Source: a virus. Taken from it: a stretch of DNA of 64,000 nucleotides. The notes under the pieces are model-generated. The model worked only from the letters and a program-made list of their open reading frames with translations. It was not told the DNA's origin and searched no databases. Made by a program: the position numbers and the translations under genes. Positions 60,077 to 64,000 of this stretch are shown here, one piece after another (the first letter of the stretch is position 1; every line of letters starts with the position of its first letter). Where the stretch lies: positions 32,001-96,000 of IMG/VR virus record IMGVR_UViG_3300013132_000028. One strand, written 5' to 3'.

Positions 60077-61063
60077 CTAGCCTAGGAGGGACCTCAGCTT
60101 GTCCTTGAGTGACGCCAGCTCGGAACGTAGTTCCACGGTGGCCTCCTCGATGAGCTGTGTGACCAGCTGTCCGATCTGCTCGACCCTGGGGTCCAGGCCC
60201 GATGCGCCTACGACAGGCCGGTTTCTGTCCGTCTCGCCTTCGGCTGCCGCCGTGACCATGTTGTTAAACAGCTTGCCGACCGTGCGCGGTGGAACGTGGT
60301 CGCCGTGTGCGTACAGCTGGGCGAACCGACCAGCCGGACCGCCGTTGCGCAGGATGCGCTCTTCCTCGGTCTCGGTCCTGCTGGACATCGAGCCGGCTTC
60401 GATGAGTGCGCTCAGGGCGAGCCGCACCGACCAGTCGCTGGCCTGTACGCTCTCGGTCCGCAGCGAGAAGAGAACCTCTTCCGCGGTCAGCGGTTGACTG
60501 GACTCGAGCATTATTACCTCGATGTAGTCCGCGGTTGTCTTTGCCGTGCCGCGCTTTGACTTGGCCTTAGCCTGGGCTGCCTTCGCGATTTCGAGCATCC
60601 TGGCCGCCGCGTCGGGCCGCATCAGGTCTCCGATAGATGTGTTCGAGCTGCCGCTGGAGAACGAGGTGGGCACGTCGACGGTGTCGCGGTTGGTGAAGTG
60701 CGGTACCGGGGCCGGCTTGGTCGTGTTCCACTTTTGAGCGACAAACCAGACTGGCGTCGCGTGGCGCTGCTCGAGCGCAGGATTGTAGACGCACGCCGCG
60801 TTGCTGGTCATGCGCAAGTATCTGTAGATGGGTGCTATAAAGGCGTCCAGCTCGGCGCGGCGTAGCTCGCCGGCGTACTGGGGCCAAATTTTCGTGCAGA
60901 CTCCGCGCATCACCAGTTCGCCCTCGAACCCGGACACGCCGTCATTGGTGGTCAGTTCCCACTTGTTTACCTGTGCGAAGCGGTGAACCCATTCGTATAG
61001 CTCCTTCGCCTGGCTTGCCACCTCGGCGTCGGTCCGTGCCTCATTGCTTGTTTTTGTTGTCAT
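60077..61063 (-). CDS. Hypothetical protein, possible winged-helix domain
   Basis: QPLTAEEV...L.......S.WSV..AL..L..AG pattern; C-terminal coiled coil. Confidence 0.55.
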   Translation of the reverse strand: MTTKTSNEARTDAEVASQAKELYEWVHRFAQVNKWELTTNDGVSGFEGELVMRGVCTKIWPQYAGELRRAELDAFIAPIYRYLRMTSNAACVYNPALEQRHATPVWFVAQKWNTTKPAPVPHFTNRDTVDVPTSFSSGSSNTSIGDLMRPDAAARMLEIAKAAQAKAKSKRGTAKTTADYIEVIMLESSQPLTAEEVLFSLRTESVQASDWSVRLALSALIEAGSMSSRTETEEERILRNGGPAGRFAQLYAHGDHVPPRTVGKLFNNMVTAAAEGETDRNRPVVGASGLDPRVEQIGQLVTQLIEEATVELRSELASLKDKLRSLLG

Positions 61064-61148
61064 TTGTCCTTTTTTCGTTTTTGGTATCCCGGGCCCGAGT
61101 GGAGCCGGGGTGTGTATTATGTCGTGTATAACTCCATAACGGTGCCTT

Positions 61149-61568
61149 TTATTCCCCGAAGGGCAGCTCTGGCTGGAGAGGCTCGGCCTGGGGCTTGGAC
61201 TCGACCCGTGGCTTGGAATTGAAGTACCAGGAAGTCATCGGCTGTATGTGGTTTGGGTACTGAATCCACCAGCAGAATACGAAGGCCCAGGCCAGGCCGG
61301 CGAGGAGGCCGGTGGCTATGTAGTTGAACGGGGAGACTATCAGGAGCACCGCGCCGACGGCCAGGTACCCGAGGCACCAGTTGTTTTTCCGCAGGGCGAG
61401 CGGCCAGGCGATGGCGAACGGCCAGAACAGGACTGCGAAGACGCCGACCAGCAGGCCCATCCCGAGGGCGGTCTCCTCCTCGACCGTGTACTGCACGTCG
61501 ACGGCACCGGCCGCCTTCCGCGCGGAAGAGGCGATGTCGTACAGCAGCAGGCCGGTTATTAGTCCCAT
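61149..61568 (-). CDS. Multi-pass membrane protein, leaderless
   Basis: Several TM segments; TATAAT 6 nt before ATG 61568. Confidence 0.62.
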   Translation of the reverse strand: MGLITGLLLYDIASSARKAAGAVDVQYTVEEETALGMGLLVGVFAVLFWPFAIAWPLALRKNNWCLGYLAVGAVLLIVSPFNYIATGLLAGLAWAFVFCWWIQYPNHIQPMTSWYFNSKPRVESKPQAEPLQPELPFGE

Positions 61569-61662
61569 ACCTTCATTATACCGCATAGGGGAGAAAATGG
61601 ACAGGGGCCCGCCGCCGGTTTCCTATGCCCGGCGAACAGGCCCCTGCTTCTGGTTTGGTTTG

Positions 61663-61851
61663 TTAGGCCAAGTTTTTCTTCGTAAGCATGCGTGTCTTCG
61701 GGTTACGAATCTTTTCGCCTGCCTGTATGATGTAGGACTTGGCTGTTGGGTAGGAGACCCCTAAGCGAAGTGCCACTGTCTCGACCGACATGTTATCTGC
61801 ATAAAGCTTCCCCGCCTTACGCACACGTGTCGCGATTTGTGCTTCCGTCAT
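61663..61851 (-). CDS. Small HTH protein, paralog of 44706-44897
   Basis: KAGKLY....VE.VA..LGVSY.TA......G..IR.P..R; AGGAGG RBS. Confidence 0.68.
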   Translation of the reverse strand: MTEAQIATRVRKAGKLYADNMSVETVALRLGVSYPTAKSYIIQAGEKIRNPKTRMLTKKNLA

Positions 61852-62067
61852 TGCGTCCCTCCTTCTTGGGAAGAATGTGGTCGTCGGCACCTTGCCGACA
61901 TGCCCTACAATAGCACGCCGCACTGTAAATGTAAAGGTGTAATAGAGTGATGCTTATCACTAAACTCGTTTCTAAAAAAGCCATCTTCGCGTACTCGCGT
62001 GACAGACGTCCCCAGGGATGTTTAGATTAGATCTAAGGCTTAGGCTTTTGGTTTGGTTTTTCCAAGG

Positions 62068-62126
62068 CACGCCGCCATAACTACGGGCCCGTGGTTCCCC
62101 ACGCCGCCGTAATTACGAGCCCGTGG
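62068..62126. repeat. Two 27-bp imperfect direct repeats, 32-bp period
   Basis: CACGCCGCC(A/G)TAA(C/T)TACG(G/A)GCCCGTGG at 62068 and 62100. Confidence 0.85.
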
Positions 62127-62127
62127 C

Positions 62128-62490
62128 TCAGTCCGACAGCTCTTCGATGGCCGGCCGGTGCTCGAGGGCACGCTGCAGCATTGGCTGAAAGGCCAGCATC
62201 CAGTCCGGCACGACGCCGTCCTCGGAAATCGCACCCGCCCTGGACAGCGAGATGTGCCGTGCCGCCTCTCGGAGGTGGCGCCAGGCCTGGTGGTGGTGAT
62301 AGTGGTGCTTGGAGTAGGCCGCCGTGGTTGCGGTCAGTCTGTTTCCCGGTTTCGGTGCTTCGGACGCCGCCTGTAGGCTTTCTTGCTGGGCGTCGAGCCG
62401 CTGGCCGACGAGCGTCGGAGTTCCTGCAGCCGTCTCAGGCGTTCCGGCAGGTACCGTGCCGCCCGGTAAATGTTGTTGTGTCTCATTCAT
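62128..62490 (-). CDS. Hypothetical protein with a His-rich patch
   Basis: KHHYHHHQAWRH; promoter directly upstream. Confidence 0.5.
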   Translation of the reverse strand: MNETQQHLPGGTVPAGTPETAAGTPTLVGQRLDAQQESLQAASEAPKPGNRLTATTAAYSKHHYHHHQAWRHLREAARHISLSRAGAISEDGVVPDWMLAFQPMLQRALEHRPAIEELSD

Positions 62491-62493
62491 ATA

Positions 62494-62664
62494 TTATACT
62501 GTATTTCTCTCCGTGTGTAAAGCGAGCAGCTCAGCGTATAGCCGGGCCGCCTCGTTGGCGCGCGCCGTCTGGCGCACGTGGTCTTCGCGGGTCCGGCAGA
62601 GCTCGATGTCCGCCTTCATGTCCTCCGCCAGCTCCTTCAGCTGCTGCAGGTGCTCCGCGCTCAT
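62494..62664 (-). CDS. Small hypothetical protein (56 aa, MSAEHL...)
   Basis: ATGA-coupled; stop overlaps a TATAAT box. Confidence 0.55.
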   Translation of the reverse strand: MSAEHLQQLKELAEDMKADIELCRTREDHVRQTARANEAARLYAELLALHTERNTV

Positions 62665-63572
62665 TCCGGGCCCTCCTTCTCGGGGACCGGCTCCGTCGGC
62701 TCGGCCTCCAGGATGTTCTGCTGCGCCAGCGCTGCGGCGCGCTGCTCCGCGGCCAGGGCGAGCCGCTGTAGTCGCTCGGCCACCACGATGTGGGGAGGCC
62801 GCTGGTCGTGGACGGTCAGGTTGGAGTCTATCTCCATGCCGCCCCTCACTCCGGCGCGGTCGAGTATCTCCGTGCTGGCCTTCAGCCGCACCGGCTCGCT
62901 CGCCGCCCCTTCCATGAGCTCCTCCAGCACGTCGACCGCGTAGGTCGCCGCCTGGACCAGCTTCTTGCGGGCCCGCTCGACGTCCTCGCCGGACCGTCGG
63001 CCCTGCCCGAGGTGCGGCCGGCACAGGCCGTCGTCCTTCGGGCGCCCGCTGCTCCACAGCATGCACCGCACGCCGTCCGCCTTGACGGAGCGGCAGCGGG
63101 CCGGCAGGGAGGCCGGCCGGGCCTTCCCGGCGGTCGGGTTGTTCTGCTCGGCGAGCCAGGCCCGCGTCGCGCCGACCACCCACGGCGGGGCGAGCCGCAT
63201 GGCGTGGTCGTCGACGATCAGGTCGACGCCGGTGACGTAGTCGGAGTTGTGGTTGGCGGGGTCGACCAGGAGGGGCCGCTTCTCCGCCAGCGACAGGAGC
63301 CGCCGCTCGCGGGCGGACTCGGGGGACCGGGCCGCGATCAGGCCGGTCGGCTTGCCCGTGCCGTCGTAGACGGGGTCCCAGTTCAGCTTGCCGCGGCGCA
63401 GGGCGGCGCGGTTCTCGAAGGTGTCCTCGCAGACGCCGCGCTCGACCTCGAGCAGCCCGAGCTCGGAGAGGTCGGGGCGCAGGTCGGCGGGGGACTCGAC
63501 GCGGGGCTGGAGGTCGGCGGGGTCTACCTCCACGACCGCCGGCGTGAGGCCGAAGTCGTCGGTGGTGGTCAA
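62661..63572 (-). CDS. Putative terminase small subunit-like protein
   Basis: RC.....DG.RC........LC..H.G zinc motif, then helical A..A...L..L....SE.VRL.A..EILDRAG. Confidence 0.55.
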   Translation of the reverse strand: MTTTDDFGLTPAVVEVDPADLQPRVESPADLRPDLSELGLLEVERGVCEDTFENRAALRRGKLNWDPVYDGTGKPTGLIAARSPESARERRLLSLAEKRPLLVDPANHNSDYVTGVDLIVDDHAMRLAPPWVVGATRAWLAEQNNPTAGKARPASLPARCRSVKADGVRCMLWSSGRPKDDGLCRPHLGQGRRSGEDVERARKKLVQAATYAVDVLEELMEGAASEPVRLKASTEILDRAGVRGGMEIDSNLTVHDQRPPHIVVAERLQRLALAAEQRAAALAQQNILEAEPTEPVPEKEGPE

Positions 63573-63587
63573 GGGCGGGTCCGCCTC

Positions 63588-63797
63588 CTAGCGCCGTCCG
63601 GCCCGGAGGAGCGCCACCAGGCGCGGGGCGGGGCGGGGCGGGAACAGGGCGGAGAAAGTCAGGGAGAGGGCGGCGGACAGGGCGCCGACCCGCAGCGCCT
63701 GGCCCGGGGACGCGACAAGGACCGACGCGGCGTCCGAGAGGACGACGGCGGCGGTGGTTGAGGCGGCCGAGGCGGCGGCGCGGCGGGTGGCGGTCAC
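63588..63797 (-). CDS. Small hydrophobic protein
   Basis: GTG start just after the holin stop. Confidence 0.4.
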   Translation of the reverse strand: MTATRRAAASAASTTAAVVLSDAASVLVASPGQALRVGALSAALSLTFSALFPPRPAPRLVALLRAGRR

Positions 63798-63801
63798 TGC
63801 G

Positions 63802-63999
63802 TTACTTCTTTTTCTGCTTGGCCTTGGCGGCGGCGTCGAGCTTTTTGCCGGCCTCCTTGGCAACGGCCTCGCCTACCTTTCCGAAGGCGGGGTCCTTCTT
63901 GTTGAGCCAGCGGAGGGCGGTCGGGATTACCGAGGCCCACAGCGCGTTGGCGACCAGGAGCCACTCTCCCTGTCCGAAGGCGAGCGGGGAGGCGACGCC
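63802..63999 (-). CDS. Putative holin (3' part, begins outside the window)
   Basis: Manual translation ...WLLVANALWASVIPTALRWLNKKDPAFGK...KKK*; TM segment plus basic tail. Confidence 0.6.
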   Translation of the reverse strand, partial: GVASPLAFGQGEWLLVANALWASVIPTALRWLNKKDPAFGKVGEAVAKEAGKKLDAAAKAKQKKK

Positions 64000-64000
64000 G

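Larger units (their letters stand above)
44393..62521. promoter_or_regulatory. Family of about 21 sigma-A-like promoters, 15 with GTC-N12-TATAAT
   Basis: Minus-strand TATAAT at 44393, 45845, 46608, 47757, 48228, 49119, 51776, 52123, 52668, 53237, 54101, 56173, 57866, 58566, 59168, 59419, 59985, 61575, 62493; plus-strand at 49293, 49689. Each precedes a gene; -35 often TTTACT/TGTACA at 17-19 nt. Confidence 0.88.

Noticed and set aside
62494-63761. 229-aa minus and 323-aa plus ORFs
   Set aside because: GC-rich shadow frames of 62661-63572; only the last 56 codons from ATG 62664 kept

Overview
This window is part of a large tailed dsDNA phage (siphovirus morphotype), most likely infecting Actinobacteria. 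The support is leaderless starts, sigma-A-type TATAAT promoters, and a cluster-B-like head layout with two capsid genes. Almost all genes are on the minus strand. 1-39.2 kb is the virion operon: portal; an unusual ~13 kb block of four modular head-associated proteins, including a 3057-aa kinase/WYL/ADP-ribosyltransferase-like giant; maturation protease; scaffold-capsid fusion; second capsid-like protein; major tail; head-tail proteins; tail chaperones; tape measure; tail tip proteins; and a 1732-aa Cys/Pro-rich protein ending in a Hint domain. 39.2-43.4 kb holds an Ntn (HslV/proteasome-beta-like) protease, HTH proteins, a long intergenic region, a peptidoglycan-binding protein and a transglycosylase. 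43.4-62.5 kb is an early/accessory region of short ORFs driven by about 21 TATAAT promoters, 15 of which share a fixed GTC-N12-TATAAT element. It also has a MoxR-VWA pair, tRNA-Thr(CGT), tRNA-Pro(CGG) and several structured non-coding RNA candidates. The GC-rich right end has a putative small terminase and a holin fragment. No large terminase, integrase, polymerase or CRISPR array was seen. The strongest novelty candidates are: (1) a head-cargo system with shared protease-site-like and QxRDxxGxF motifs that may deliver a multi-enzyme effector; (2) the Hint-terminated Cys-rich virion protein; (3) the promoter element and the leader RNAs. All domain calls are by-eye motif recognition, not database hits.
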